DNA of 64,000 nt from Labilithrix sp. (GTDB taxonomy: Bacteria; Myxococcota_A; Polyangia; Polyangiales; Polyangiaceae). The position numbers and the translations under genes are program-made. The notes under the pieces were generated by a model. It saw only the letters and a program-made list of their open reading frames with translations, did no database searches and had not been told where the DNA came from. Shown in pieces: positions 1-9,256 of the stretch (positions are counted from its first letter, which is position 1; each line of letters opens with the position of its first letter). The stretch spans positions 1,274,583 through 1,338,582 of the forward strand of contig JAXLYU010000005.1 in the NCBI GenBank assembly GCA_046351255.1, read 5' to 3'.

Positions 1-1
1 T

Positions 2-40
2 GTCCTCGTGAAGTTCGACGAGAGCCAGCTGAGCCAGTAG
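2..40 (+). CDS. 3' end of an upstream CDS (partial, truncated by window start)
   Basis: Open frame from the window edge with high GC3 (..VLVKFDESQLSQ*), ending at TAG 38-40. Too short to assign a function. Confidence 0.3.
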   Translation, partial: VLVKFDESQLSQ

Positions 41-49
41 GGGATGAAA

Positions 50-1588
50 TCAGGGGTCGTGCTGCGGCGTGGGCGACTGGTAGTGCACGGTGGAGACGCA
101 GGTCCGCGCGTCGAGCGAGAAGCAGAAGTCCTCGCGCAGGTAGCCGTCCGCGGTGGGCTCGAGGCGGACGCGTAGCACCAGCGTCTTTCCGTCGGGGAGG
201 ATGGCGATGTCGCGGAGGCTCATGCCGAGATCGAAGGAGGCGCGAGCGGCGAGATCGATCGAGTAGAGGTCGCCGCCGCGGCCGTTGTTCTTCAGCGTGA
301 ACACCTGCGAGCCGTCCGCGATCTGCACGAAACGATCGAGCGAGGCGGCCGGGCCCTGGAAGGGCGTGTAGTGCTTCGAGTCGAGCGTCCACACGCCGAA
401 GAGGCTGCCGCTCGCGTCGCCGAAGGCGCCGACCGTGACCTGCGCCTCGAGCTGGCCGTCGGGCGTGAGCTCGATCGACGCCTTCACGTCACCGCCCATC
501 TCCGTGCGCTCGACCGAGACCGACGCATCGACGAGGAGCGACTTGCCGTCCTTGCTCGGCGCAAAGCGTGGGAGCGTGTCGCCGACGGGATGCAGATCGA
601 AGGCGAGCGACTTCGGGTCGATCGTCATGAGCTGAAATTGCTTGGCGTCCTTGCCCGGCACCTGCGCTGGATTCGAGAACATCGCCGGATCCATGCGCTT
701 CGTGTCGAGGTACGCGACGGCGGTGCCGCCGAGGAGCGCCACCGGCCCGAAGCCAGGGAGGTTCTTCACGAACGAGAGCTCGTTCTTCGAGGCGTCGATG
801 TCGATCACGCTCACCGGGTCCGGGTTCGACCAGCCCTGCTTCCGCAGCTCCGCGCTCGGGGTGCAGAACGTGGGCGAGAGGAGGGCGCGGCTGCCGTTCT
901 CGACGATCGCGATCGGCGCAGCGCAGTTTGGGACGTCGATCGTCTTCGACGCGCTGCCGTCGAGCGGGACGAGGGAGACCGGCGTGTGCGGGCCGCCGTC
1001 TTCCCATCGCGTGGTGCCGACCGCGATCGCGCTCTTGCCGCCGGGGAGGAGATCGAGATCGACGATCCCGGCCGCGCTGCTCGTCGCGAACCGGATGTCG
1101 CCGGTCTCCGAGTCGAGGAAGAGGACGCGCGAGTCGTCGGCGAGGAGCAGCGTGCGATCGTCGTCCGAGAGCCGCGCGAGGACCGTGCGCGCCTCGGCCT
1201 CGAAGATGGGCTCCGAGCGCCAGAGCTCCTTCGTGGACCCGAGATCGAGCGCCACCACGCCCTCGCGATCGGGGAGGACGACGTACACGACGTTCTTCGA
1301 CTTCGCGAAGAGGAAGCGCTCCGCCGCGAGGGGGAGCTCCGTCAGGCTCGATCCTTTCACGTCGACGATGAGCGTTGTCGTGTTTCGCCGCGCCACGATG
1401 TAGTCGCCCGTCGGCGAGACCGCCATCGCGCCCGTCTCCAGGAGCTCGCTGTCGCCATTGCCGCTCGACCGGTCGTTCGCATTGGCGCCGCCTTCGTCGC
1501 CCGTAGAGCCCGACTGGTCCCCAACCGGACCGCACCCCACCGCGAAAAGCGCCACCAAGAGACCGCTCAAGCCAAGGAATTTCTTCAT
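50..1588 (-). CDS. secreted lipoprotein, beta-propeller-like repeats (hypothetical)
   Basis: N-terminal MKKFLGLSGLLVALFAVGC carries a lipobox; 512 aa with high GC3 and protein-like composition. The overlapping R-rich ORFs in other frames look like shadow ORFs. Confidence 0.8.
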   Translation of the reverse strand: MKKFLGLSGLLVALFAVGCGPVGDQSGSTGDEGGANANDRSSGNGDSELLETGAMAVSPTGDYIVARRNTTTLIVDVKGSSLTELPLAAERFLFAKSKNVVYVVLPDREGVVALDLGSTKELWRSEPIFEAEARTVLARLSDDDRTLLLADDSRVLFLDSETGDIRFATSSAAGIVDLDLLPGGKSAIAVGTTRWEDGGPHTPVSLVPLDGSASKTIDVPNCAAPIAIVENGSRALLSPTFCTPSAELRKQGWSNPDPVSVIDIDASKNELSFVKNLPGFGPVALLGGTAVAYLDTKRMDPAMFSNPAQVPGKDAKQFQLMTIDPKSLAFDLHPVGDTLPRFAPSKDGKSLLVDASVSVERTEMGGDVKASIELTPDGQLEAQVTVGAFGDASGSLFGVWTLDSKHYTPFQGPAASLDRFVQIADGSQVFTLKNNGRGGDLYSIDLAARASFDLGMSLRDIAILPDGKTLVLRVRLEPTADGYLREDFCFSLDARTCVSTVHYQSPTPQHDP

Positions 1589-1692
1589 GAAGGAGAGACG
1601 GACGCGGCGCGCGCTCGCTCGTCACCCGTTCGGGTGATTTGACTCTGACAAAGCTGTCGCGACGCGCCGCTCGCGCGTTCACGTGGCGGGGG

Positions 1693-2613
1693 TCACTGCA
1701 CGTCGAGCGTCAGGTTGTCCGTCCGGATTTGCGCGGCGGGCGTGTGCTTCTGCGCGAAGGGCATCCCCGGATGAAGCTCGACGGCGTCCGACGTGACGAA
1801 CCGGGGGTCCAGCGCGATGGGGCCGAACGGCGTCGTCCCGGTCGGCTTCGTGAGGCTGCCGCTCACGGTGCGGGCCTCGAGATCGAGCGTGATGTCGTAC
1901 GTGAGCCAGGCCCCGAGGACGCTCCCGACGTCGAGGGCCGCGATGTCGTGATTCACCTGATCGGGTGCGCCCTGATCCGGGCAGAACTCGTTGAGCTGAG
2001 CGCTGCCGCTCACCACCGTCGGCTGCAGCGCGCACTTGCCGGTCGAGTAGCCGAACTCGATCTCGTTGACCTCGACCCCGACACCGAGCGCGACGATCTG
2101 GAGGTCGAACTTCAGCTGGAGCTTCTTCGGGCTCTTGGGCAGCGGCACCACGTGAAAGCACTGCACGGAGACGTCGTTGACGCCGGTGCAGTGAAGGGCG
2201 TTGGTCGAGTCGCGACCGGGGCCCTCCACGGCGAGGGTCGAGCCGACGTGGTACTGCTCCGCGCTTGGACCGAGCGACTTCGAGTCGTAGTCGAGGCAGA
2301 CCTCGACGCTCGCCGGGACGCCGTCGCAGTAGTTCGCCGTGAGGCGCGCGTCGGCGCCGGTGTCCATGGTGGTGATGACGTCGGCCGGTGCGTCCGCGGG
2401 GGCGTCCGCGCTGCTGCCATCGAGCACGTCGACGGTGGTGACGTCCGAGCCGGGGGTCGCGTCGGTCGCCCCGATGACGTTGCCATCGCTATTCGAACCA
2501 CCTTCGGCGCCGCCGCCGTCTTCGCCCACCGCCTCGAGATCGCCCACGCCCGAGATCAGCGTGCAGCCGGCGCCGACCATCAGCACGATCGAGACAGCGG
2601 TGACGCGGCGCAC
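1693..2613 (-). CDS. lipoprotein (hypothetical), paralog of 2660..3490
   Basis: Signal peptide plus lipobox (VLMVGAGC). Shares colinear motifs with the upstream lipoprotein (CALQ..., ...TYD..L....V), indicating a tandem paralog pair. Confidence 0.8.
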   Translation of the reverse strand: MRRVTAVSIVLMVGAGCTLISGVGDLEAVGEDGGGAEGGSNSDGNVIGATDATPGSDVTTVDVLDGSSADAPADAPADVITTMDTGADARLTANYCDGVPASVEVCLDYDSKSLGPSAEQYHVGSTLAVEGPGRDSTNALHCTGVNDVSVQCFHVVPLPKSPKKLQLKFDLQIVALGVGVEVNEIEFGYSTGKCALQPTVVSGSAQLNEFCPDQGAPDQVNHDIAALDVGSVLGAWLTYDITLDLEARTVSGSLTKPTGTTPFGPIALDPRFVTSDAVELHPGMPFAQKHTPAAQIRTDNLTLDVQ

Positions 2614-2659
2614 CTCTCGGATGCTACCTCCTCCCCCCGTTGGCGGCGAGGCGCGCCCG

Positions 2660-3490
2660 TCACCGAGCGTAGGCGGCGAAATTGTCGAAGTAGAGGGAGA
2701 AAGGCTGGGTCTTCGACGGGCCGTACGTGCATCCTACGCGAACGCTGGCCGCGCTGGAGGGCATGGCGTGCGCGATGGATCCCGCGCTCGTGATCGCCGG
2801 AGCGTTTTCGGGCGTGACCGTCATGCTGAACTTCTTCGTGTCGAGGTGCGCGTCGATCCAGACGTTGACCCACTGTCCAGGCACGTCGGGAAGCGTCACA
2901 AAGCCGCGCTCCACGTCGTCGCCGTTCGAGCAGAACTCGTAGAGCGTCAGCTGCTTGTTGCTCGGGTCGAAGTGAAGCTGCAGCGCGCACTCATCGTTGT
3001 CGAACGGGAGATTCAGCTCGCCGAGCTCCATATCGAACACGATGTCGGCCGTGAGCTTCAGGTCGTAGGTCCAGATGATCTCGTTCGCGAGGCCGACCGC
3101 TTGCTGCACGAACGCGAGCCCCTCCTTGTCGGTCGTGGTCATCGCCGCGCGGAGGCAGCGGCCGGTGCTCCCGCTACCGGGGCTCTCGAGGCTCAGCGCA
3201 CCATTGCCTTGCTTGACCAGCGGAGGCACGCTGCCGTTGTCGAAGTCCTCGCACAGCTTCGGCTTCGCGGGGCGAGCCGCGCACGAGACGCCGACGCCGG
3301 AGGGGCCCGGTGGCCAGTCGGCGGTGCTGCCGCTGCTGCTGCTGCCGCTGCTGCTGCTGCTGCTGCTGCTCGCGCTCGTGGAGCCTCCATCGGACGCTCC
3401 CGCGTCCTTCGTCGCGCTGCTCTCTCCGCCGAACGACGAGCAGGCAAAGAGCCCGGTGGCCAGCACGCCGGCGATCGTTCGGGAGCGCAT
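2660..3490 (-). CDS. lipoprotein with poly-Ser linker (hypothetical), paralog of 1693..2613
   Basis: Lipobox LFAC, then a poly-Ser tract encoded by the (GCT/AGC)n repeat at 3326..3371. Colinear similarity to the neighbouring lipoprotein. Confidence 0.8.
   Translation of the reverse strand: MRSRTIAGVLATGLFACSSFGGESSATKDAGASDGGSTSASSSSSSSSGSSSSGSTADWPPGPSGVGVSCAARPAKPKLCEDFDNGSVPPLVKQGNGALSLESPGSGSTGRCLRAAMTTTDKEGLAFVQQAVGLANEIIWTYDLKLTADIVFDMELGELNLPFDNDECALQLHFDPSNKQLTLYEFCSNGDDVERGFVTLPDVPGQWVNVWIDAHLDTKKFSMTVTPENAPAITSAGSIAHAMPSSAASVRVGCTYGPSKTQPFSLYFDNFAAYAR
3326..3371. repeat. (GCT)n trinucleotide repeat encoding poly-Ser in lipoprotein 2660..3490
   Basis: Visible run of gctgctgctgccgctgctgct.... 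Confidence 0.8.
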
Positions 3491-3499
3491 CGGTCGATG

Positions 3500-4693
3500 C
3501 TATCGGCTTCGCGCGCCCTCGGCGAGGAGCTCCGCGTGGGCGACCACCGCGCGCGGGCTCATCTTGCCTTTGTAGACATAGAGCGACGCCGGGGCCGTCG
3601 CGTCGAGCACCTCCGCGCTCACGCGGAGCCGGGAGCTCACGGCGAAGACGACGAGCGCGCCGAGCGCGCCGGACTCGGCCAGCTCCACGCGCTTCCACAC
3701 CGCGTCGCGGCTCCAGTAGCCGAGCACCTCCACGAAGACGGACTTCTTGCTGCCTTTGCGGGTCAGCTCGAGGTCCGGGATGCACACGCCGAGGCCCGGC
3801 ACGTCGAGGATCGCCGTCGCCGGCTTGGCCTTCCAGTCGCCCTTGATGCCATCGATGAGCTCGCGCACCTCGTCGCTGAGGTGAAGGTCGTCGGCGGACG
3901 GAGCGCGGCCCTCGTCACGAGACTCCAGGTGGAACGTGAGCGGCTCGCGCCCCTTGCCCCAGCGGATGTCGGCGTCGAGCGTCCAGTGCTCCACCGGCCG
4001 CAAGGCGTTCAGGACGAGCGCGAGCTTCAGCCCGTACTTCGTGACCGCATCGAACATCGAGTAAGGACCGTCGATCGTGATCTTCCAGCCATCGTCGCTT
4101 CGCTCCGCGGCGAAGAGGAGCTGATGGAACTTGAGCTTCGAGAAGAAGGCGCGGACGAGGCCGGGAGAAGAAGAATGTATGGTGCACGTGACGCGCACGG
4201 CGGTGAGCAGCACCGCCTGCGCCTGGCCGAGCTCCCACTGCTCGACGAGCTCCGGCGCGCTCACGGCGGGCATCTCCTGGAGGACGTGCTCGCTCTTGAG
4301 ATCGGAGAAGAGCGTGCGCTCGATCTGCGCCGCGTCTCCCACGCTCGCGAGCACCGCGGCGCGATCGAACGAGCCCGCCTTTCGCGCCTCCGCCGCGCGG
4401 AGGAAGACCTCTCGGCGGAGCGCGATCGGGTCGAGCTCGGAGGACGCCTCGAAGTTGCACGCGTCCGCGGCGAGCTTCTTCAGGCCCGCGGCGAGCTTCG
4501 GGCGCTTCGCCTCCGCGATCGACGCGTCCCACGCGTCTTCCACCTCGTCGCGGCGCGCGCCGACCATCGCCTTCGCGTGATCGAGCAGGAGGGTCGCGAG
4601 GGCGAGCGCCTCCGCCCGAGCGCCGGCGTCGAAGGGGCGAAGGAGGAGCTGCCCGTCCTTGCGGCGCGCGTCGACGAGGTCAGCGGTAAGCAT
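3500..4693 (-). CDS. Bax1-like (DUF790) nuclease partner of XPB helicase
   Basis: 397 aa. Its start lies inside the last 14 bp of the XPB-like helicase gene (coupled operon), which is the known XPB-Bax1 arrangement. The DUF790 assignment is by context and size only, not by a motif-level match. Confidence 0.6.
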   Translation of the reverse strand: MLTADLVDARRKDGQLLLRPFDAGARAEALALATLLLDHAKAMVGARRDEVEDAWDASIAEAKRPKLAAGLKKLAADACNFEASSELDPIALRREVFLRAAEARKAGSFDRAAVLASVGDAAQIERTLFSDLKSEHVLQEMPAVSAPELVEQWELGQAQAVLLTAVRVTCTIHSSSPGLVRAFFSKLKFHQLLFAAERSDDGWKITIDGPYSMFDAVTKYGLKLALVLNALRPVEHWTLDADIRWGKGREPLTFHLESRDEGRAPSADDLHLSDEVRELIDGIKGDWKAKPATAILDVPGLGVCIPDLELTRKGSKKSVFVEVLGYWSRDAVWKRVELAESGALGALVVFAVSSRLRVSAEVLDATAPASLYVYKGKMSPRAVVAHAELLAEGARSR

Positions 4694-6056
4694 CGTGCTC
4701 GCGCCTCCGGTCGCTCGTGAAGGTCTCCGTCGTGGACTTGGTGACCACCTCGTAGAGGAGGGCGCGCTTGCCCTGCCGCTGGCGCAGGATGCGGCCGAGG
4801 CGCTGGACGTGCTCGCGCACGGAGCCCGAGCCCGAGAGCACCACCGCCACGTTCGCGTCCGGGACGTCGACGCCCTCGTTCAGCACCTTCGAGGTCGCGA
4901 CGGCGGTGTACTCGCCGCGCGCGAAGGCGCTCAGGATCTCGCTTCGCTCCGTCACCTTCGTCTGGTGCGTGATGACCGGCACGAGGTAGCGCCGCGCCAC
5001 GAGGTGCGCCGTCGCGTTGTCCTGCGTGAAGATGATCGTGCGATCGTTGCGGTGCACGTCGAGGAGGTGCTCGAGCCACACGAGCTTCGCGGTGGCGGCG
5101 AACGCGAGCTCGCGCTGGCGTCGGTACGCCTTCATCGCGCGGCGACCCTCCGGCGAGCGCGCCGCGCGCATGATGAACTCGCCGAAGCCGCGCGGGCTCG
5201 ACATGACGATGTGGTTCATGCCGATGAAGTCGCGGTAGATCTTGCGCTCTCGGTCGTGCTCGGCGCGCTCCTCCTCGGTGAGCTCGACCTCGACGCGCTC
5301 CGTCTCGTACTCGGCGAGGTACTCACCCGCGAGCTCGCCGATCTCGCGGCGGTACACCATCGGGCCGACGAGCTGATGGAACGCGGCCTCCATGCCGTCG
5401 GTTCGCTCCGGCGTCGCGGTGAGGCCGAGCCGGAACGGCGCGAGGCAGAGGCGCGCCGCGAGCGAGTAGCTCGGGCTCGGGAGGTGATGTACCTCGTCGA
5501 AGACGACCATCCCGAACTTCGCGCCGAAGTGCTCCATGTGGAGATGCGCGGAGTCGTAGGTCGTCACGGTGAGCGGCAGCACGGTGTGCTCGCCGCCACC
5601 GACGATACCGACGGGCACGCCGAACGTGGCGCGGAGCACGTCGTACCACTGGCGCACGAGCTCGAGGGTCGGCGCGACGACGAGCGAGCTCCGCTTCTTG
5701 TCGTCGATCGCCATCGTCGCGACCTGCGTCTTGCCAGCGCCGGTCGGCAGCACGACGACGCCGCGGCCGTGCGCCTTCTTCCACGCCGCGAGCGCCTCCG
5801 ACTGATACGGGCGCGGCTCGCGATGAACGAGCATGCCGTGCGGGAGCTCGGCGTACTGGCGCGCCTCGTCCTTGTATTCGATCCCGGCCTTGCGCAGCGC
5901 GAGCACGATCGGCGCGTACGCCACGGCGGGCGCACGATGGCAGCCAGTGCGTGCGTCCCAGCTCAGGTAGTCGGGCAGACGTGCGTCGTCCTTGTCCGCG
6001 CCTCTCAGCGCGAGCGTCCCGTTCTCGAAGGCGAGGATCACGATCGTGTGAGCCAC
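4680..6056 (-). CDS. XPB/ERCC3-like superfamily-2 DNA helicase
   Basis: Walker A VVLPTGAGKTQVA and DEAH-box motif II VVFDEVHHL are present. The N-terminal region resembles bacterial XPB homologs (PRPYQSEALAAW), and a helicase C domain is present (TSKVLNEGVDVP). Confidence 0.85.
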   Translation of the reverse strand: MAHTIVILAFENGTLALRGADKDDARLPDYLSWDARTGCHRAPAVAYAPIVLALRKAGIEYKDEARQYAELPHGMLVHREPRPYQSEALAAWKKAHGRGVVVLPTGAGKTQVATMAIDDKKRSSLVVAPTLELVRQWYDVLRATFGVPVGIVGGGEHTVLPLTVTTYDSAHLHMEHFGAKFGMVVFDEVHHLPSPSYSLAARLCLAPFRLGLTATPERTDGMEAAFHQLVGPMVYRREIGELAGEYLAEYETERVEVELTEEERAEHDRERKIYRDFIGMNHIVMSSPRGFGEFIMRAARSPEGRRAMKAYRRQRELAFAATAKLVWLEHLLDVHRNDRTIIFTQDNATAHLVARRYLVPVITHQTKVTERSEILSAFARGEYTAVATSKVLNEGVDVPDANVAVVLSGSGSVREHVQRLGRILRQRQGKRALLYEVVTKSTTETFTSDRRREHDAYR

Positions 6057-6080
6057 ACGATACGAGCTCTCGAAGGTCGC

Positions 6081-6977
6081 TCAGACGACGAAGTCGAGGA
6101 GCTGCACGCGCGTCGTGTAGTCGTCGAGCTTCGCTTTGTACTCGTCGATCGGCTTGTCGAGCTTCACGACCGTGCCGTTGTCGGCGGTCTCGCGGAGCAC
6201 GGAGCCGGAGAGGAGGATCTCGTCGGTCGGAACGACGAGCACGCCCGTCCAGAACTGGGGATCGGTGGCGACCTCGGAGGCCTTGCCCTCGATCTTCATG
6301 TAGCCCTCGGAGAGCTCGAGGACCGGCACCGTCTTGCCGTCGTCGAGGCGGACGTGCGCCGGATACGACGGCGTGGGCGACACGCGGTAGTTTCCGCGGC
6401 GGTTGTTGTTGATGAGCTGATCGAGCGTCTCGTAGAGCGGCTTCGACAGCGCGGTCTCTTCCGCCTCCTCGATCTGCTCGCGCATCTTCTTCATCGACTT
6501 CTGCGTGCGAACGAGGTTCGTGCGCATGTCGTCGAGGCGGCTGCGGTCGCGGCGGATCTTGTCGCTCACGAGCGAGAGGAGGTTCTTGTAGAAGTGAAGG
6601 CCGAGCTCCGGGTTCTTGTCGAAGAACCCGAGGAGGTCGTTGATGCCGATGGAGAGGACCTCGACGTCCGAGGTGGCCTTCGCCGTCGTGCTGCGCGGGA
6701 GGCCGGTGAGGGCGCCGAGCTCGCCGAGCGGGGCGAGGTTACGGAGGACGAGCCGCGTGCCCGCCGCGGCGGAGGGCTTGTCGCTCGAGGAGGTCTCCTC
6801 GATGACGACCTCGCCGGTCAGCAGGATCTCGAACTTGCTCGCGATCTCACCGGCTTCGAACAGGATGGTCCCCGTCGGATGCTTCACGGTGCGGAAGGCA
6901 TCGACGAGCGCGCCGAGGCGATCCTCGGGGATGCTCTGGAACAGCGGCAACGAGCGGAGGTCTTGGACGATCGTCAC
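6081..6977 (-). CDS. cyclic-nucleotide-binding domain protein with C-terminal PilZ-like domain
   Basis: The N-terminal half looks like a cNMP-binding (CAP-family) domain (ILFEAGE..., GELGAL...). The C-terminal half carries RRGNYR followed by ELSEGYM spaced like the PilZ RxxxR / DxSxGG motifs. Start codon is ambiguous: GTG 6977 preferred over ATG 7052, because 7052 would overlap the divergent gene at 7044. Confidence 0.65.
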   Translation of the reverse strand: MTIVQDLRSLPLFQSIPEDRLGALVDAFRTVKHPTGTILFEAGEIASKFEILLTGEVVIEETSSSDKPSAAAGTRLVLRNLAPLGELGALTGLPRSTTAKATSDVEVLSIGINDLLGFFDKNPELGLHFYKNLLSLVSDKIRRDRSRLDDMRTNLVRTQKSMKKMREQIEEAEETALSKPLYETLDQLINNNRRGNYRVSPTPSYPAHVRLDDGKTVPVLELSEGYMKIEGKASEVATDPQFWTGVLVVPTDEILLSGSVLRETADNGTVVKLDKPIDEYKAKLDDYTTRVQLLDFVV

Positions 6978-7043
6978 GGCTGACCCGTTAGCCTCGATCC
7001 GGGCGCGCCACAAGCAGGGCGAGCCCCGGCCGCTTTGTGATAC

Positions 7044-8360
7044 TTGGCGCACATGCGCGGCGTGGTCCGGGTCTTTTGCGGGCTTTTTGTGCTTCTCGGC
7101 CTCCTTGTCCCGCGAGCCGCCCTCGCGAATGGCCGATTTCCCGCGTCAAATGCGGTGATCTTCGATCCGCACGACGAGAAGACGATTTACGTCCGCGTCA
7201 CCTTCGGCCTCCTCGCGACGCACGATGGCGGCCAGACCTGGCGCTGGGTCTGCGAGCGGGCGATCGGCTTCAGCGGGGTCGAGGACCCGACCTACGTGGT
7301 CACCCCCAAGGGCACCCTCGTCGGCGGCACCTTCTCCGGGATCTCCGTGTCCCGGGACGGCGGCTGCGGCTGGGCTTTCGCGGGCGGGGCGGGGAGCGAG
7401 CTCGTGTCGGACCTCGCGATGCGCCCCGACGGGTCCATCGTGGGCATCAAGTCCGTCTACCGGAAGCCGAACGAGTACGACAACCGCGTCCTCGTCTCGA
7501 AGGACGACGCGCTCACCTTCAGCGCGTCGGGCGCCGCCATCGACCCGTCGCTGCTCCTCGAGAGTATCGAGATCTCGGACTCGGATCCCGTCCGCCTCTA
7601 CATCTCCGCCGTGCGCGGCGACTCGAAGGAGCGCGCCTCCGCCGTATTCCTTGCATCTTACAACGACGGCATGTCGTGGGCGGAGCGGAAGATCGACCTC
7701 CTCCCCGGTGAGACGGCGGCCTTCATCGCGATCGTCGATCCGAAGAAGCCCGATCGCGTCTACGTGCGTACGTCGGGCGCGCCGGAGGCGAAGACGCGCC
7801 TCCTCGTGACGGACGACGCGGGCAAGACCTGGCGCAAGGTCTTCGACTCGCCGAGCCCGCTCCTCGGCTTCGCCCTCAACGAGGACGGCAGCAAGGTCGT
7901 CATCGGCGCGAAGGAAGGTGTGCAGTATGCAACGACCGATACGTTCACCTTCACGAAGGGCTCCTCCGCCGAGATCCAGTGCCTCGGCATGAAGGGCGAC
8001 ACGCTCTGGTCTTGCTCGACCGAGCGCAGCGGGTTCTTCGTCGGGACCTCGAAGACGGGCGGCCGGAGCTTCAACGCGATGGTGCACCTCGAGGAGATCA
8101 AGGGACCGCTCGAGTGCCCGGGCGAGAGCGCGGTCGGGAAGCAGTGCGTGGTGGACTGGGTGAAGCAGCGCCGAGAGCTCGGCCTCCCGGACCCGAGCGA
8201 CAAGGGCAAGTCGGCCGACCCCGGCGCGCCGGCGCTCCGCGGGAGTGGGACGCAGACGAAGCGGCGCGGCCCCTCTCCGCTCGCAGCCGCCTTCGGCATC
8301 GCGGCGGTCGGGCTCATCGGCTACGAGATCCTCAAGCGATTGAGGCGCGGCCGGAAATGA
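7044..8360 (+). CDS. secreted BNR/Asp-box repeat protein (sialidase/Ycf48-like fold) with C-terminal TM anchor
   Basis: Signal peptide present. Several Asp-box repeats (DGGQTW, SRDGGCGW, NDGMSW, DDAGKTW). The C-terminal hydrophobic helix is followed by a basic tail RLRRGRK. Confidence 0.8.
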   Translation: MAHMRGVVRVFCGLFVLLGLLVPRAALANGRFPASNAVIFDPHDEKTIYVRVTFGLLATHDGGQTWRWVCERAIGFSGVEDPTYVVTPKGTLVGGTFSGISVSRDGGCGWAFAGGAGSELVSDLAMRPDGSIVGIKSVYRKPNEYDNRVLVSKDDALTFSASGAAIDPSLLLESIEISDSDPVRLYISAVRGDSKERASAVFLASYNDGMSWAERKIDLLPGETAAFIAIVDPKKPDRVYVRTSGAPEAKTRLLVTDDAGKTWRKVFDSPSPLLGFALNEDGSKVVIGAKEGVQYATTDTFTFTKGSSAEIQCLGMKGDTLWSCSTERSGFFVGTSKTGGRSFNAMVHLEEIKGPLECPGESAVGKQCVVDWVKQRRELGLPDPSDKGKSADPGAPALRGSGTQTKRRGPSPLAAAFGIAAVGLIGYEILKRLRRGRK

Positions 8361-9256
8361 TGGGCCTGGCGCGAAGGCCCATCCTGCTGCCTTTCCTGGA
8401 GCGGCGGGTGCGCGGGGCGCTCGGCCGGCGCGGCGTCGTCCATCGCTTCGTGGAGACGAGCGCCGGACGCATCGGCCTCTACGACATCCCCGGGAACGGA
8501 GACCTGCCCACGATCGTCATCCTGCATGGCATCTCCGCGTCGGGGACCGGCTTCGCCTCGCTCTTCATGCGTCTACGCCAGCACTGCAAGCGGGTGATCG
8601 TGCCCGACTATCCCGGCCATGGCCTCAGCTCGGATCCGACCGTGCCCCTCACCGTGGACGCGCTCTTCGACGCGATGGAAGGGGCGCTCGACGAGCTGCT
8701 CGGTGACGCCCCTGTCGTCGTGATCGGCAACTCCCTCGGCGGCGCCGTCGGGCTCGACTACGTCGCCAAGCGCGAGGCCAAGCGGCCCGGCTCCGTGAAG
8801 GCCGTCATCCTCCTCTCCCCGGCCGGCGCGCGCTCCTCCGCCGAGGAGTTCCGCGCGCTGATGGGCTCGTTCGGGGTGACGAACCGAGGCGAGGCGCTGG
8901 CGTTCTTGCGCCGCGTCTACCACCGGCCGCAGTGGATCTTTCAGCTCCTCGCGCACGAGCTGCCGGCGAACTTGCGGCGCCGGGGCGTGGCCGACCTCTT
9001 CGACTCGATCACGGTCGAGCGGAGCGTGCCCGAGGACGATCTGTCGAGGCTCGGCATGCCGATGCTGCTCGTGTGGGGGCAGTCGGAGCGGCTCTTCCCC
9101 GGCTCGCATCTCGACTGGTGGAAGCGGCACCTGCCCGAGCACGCGATCGTCGAGCAGCCGGAGGGCATGGGGCACTGTCCGCACGTCGACGCGCCGGGCC
9201 GACTCGCGCACCGGATCGTGTCCTTTCTCCGCGAAAATGTGACGATGCCGGCGTGA
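8358..9256 (+). CDS. alpha/beta-fold hydrolase
   Basis: HGxxxxG oxyanion region (VILHGISASG) and nucleophile elbow GNSLGG. Likely catalytic Asp/His lie in the C-terminal part (MGHCPH). Confidence 0.8.

Noticed and set aside
371-1682. Long ORFs 371..1642(+), 489..1682(-), 642..1403(+) and 928..1371(+), all overlapping the lipoprotein gene 50..1588
   Set aside because: Extremely Arg/Ala/Gly-rich with low GC3. These are typical stop-codon-free shadow frames of a high-GC gene. The lipoprotein frame has the signal peptide and a protein-like composition.
2339-6983. ORFs 2339..4720(+) 793 aa and 4659..6983(+) 774 aa, antisense to the Bax1-like, XPB and cNMP genes
   Set aside because: R/A/E/D-rich low-complexity translations with no motifs. 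The opposite strand carries clear helicase motifs.
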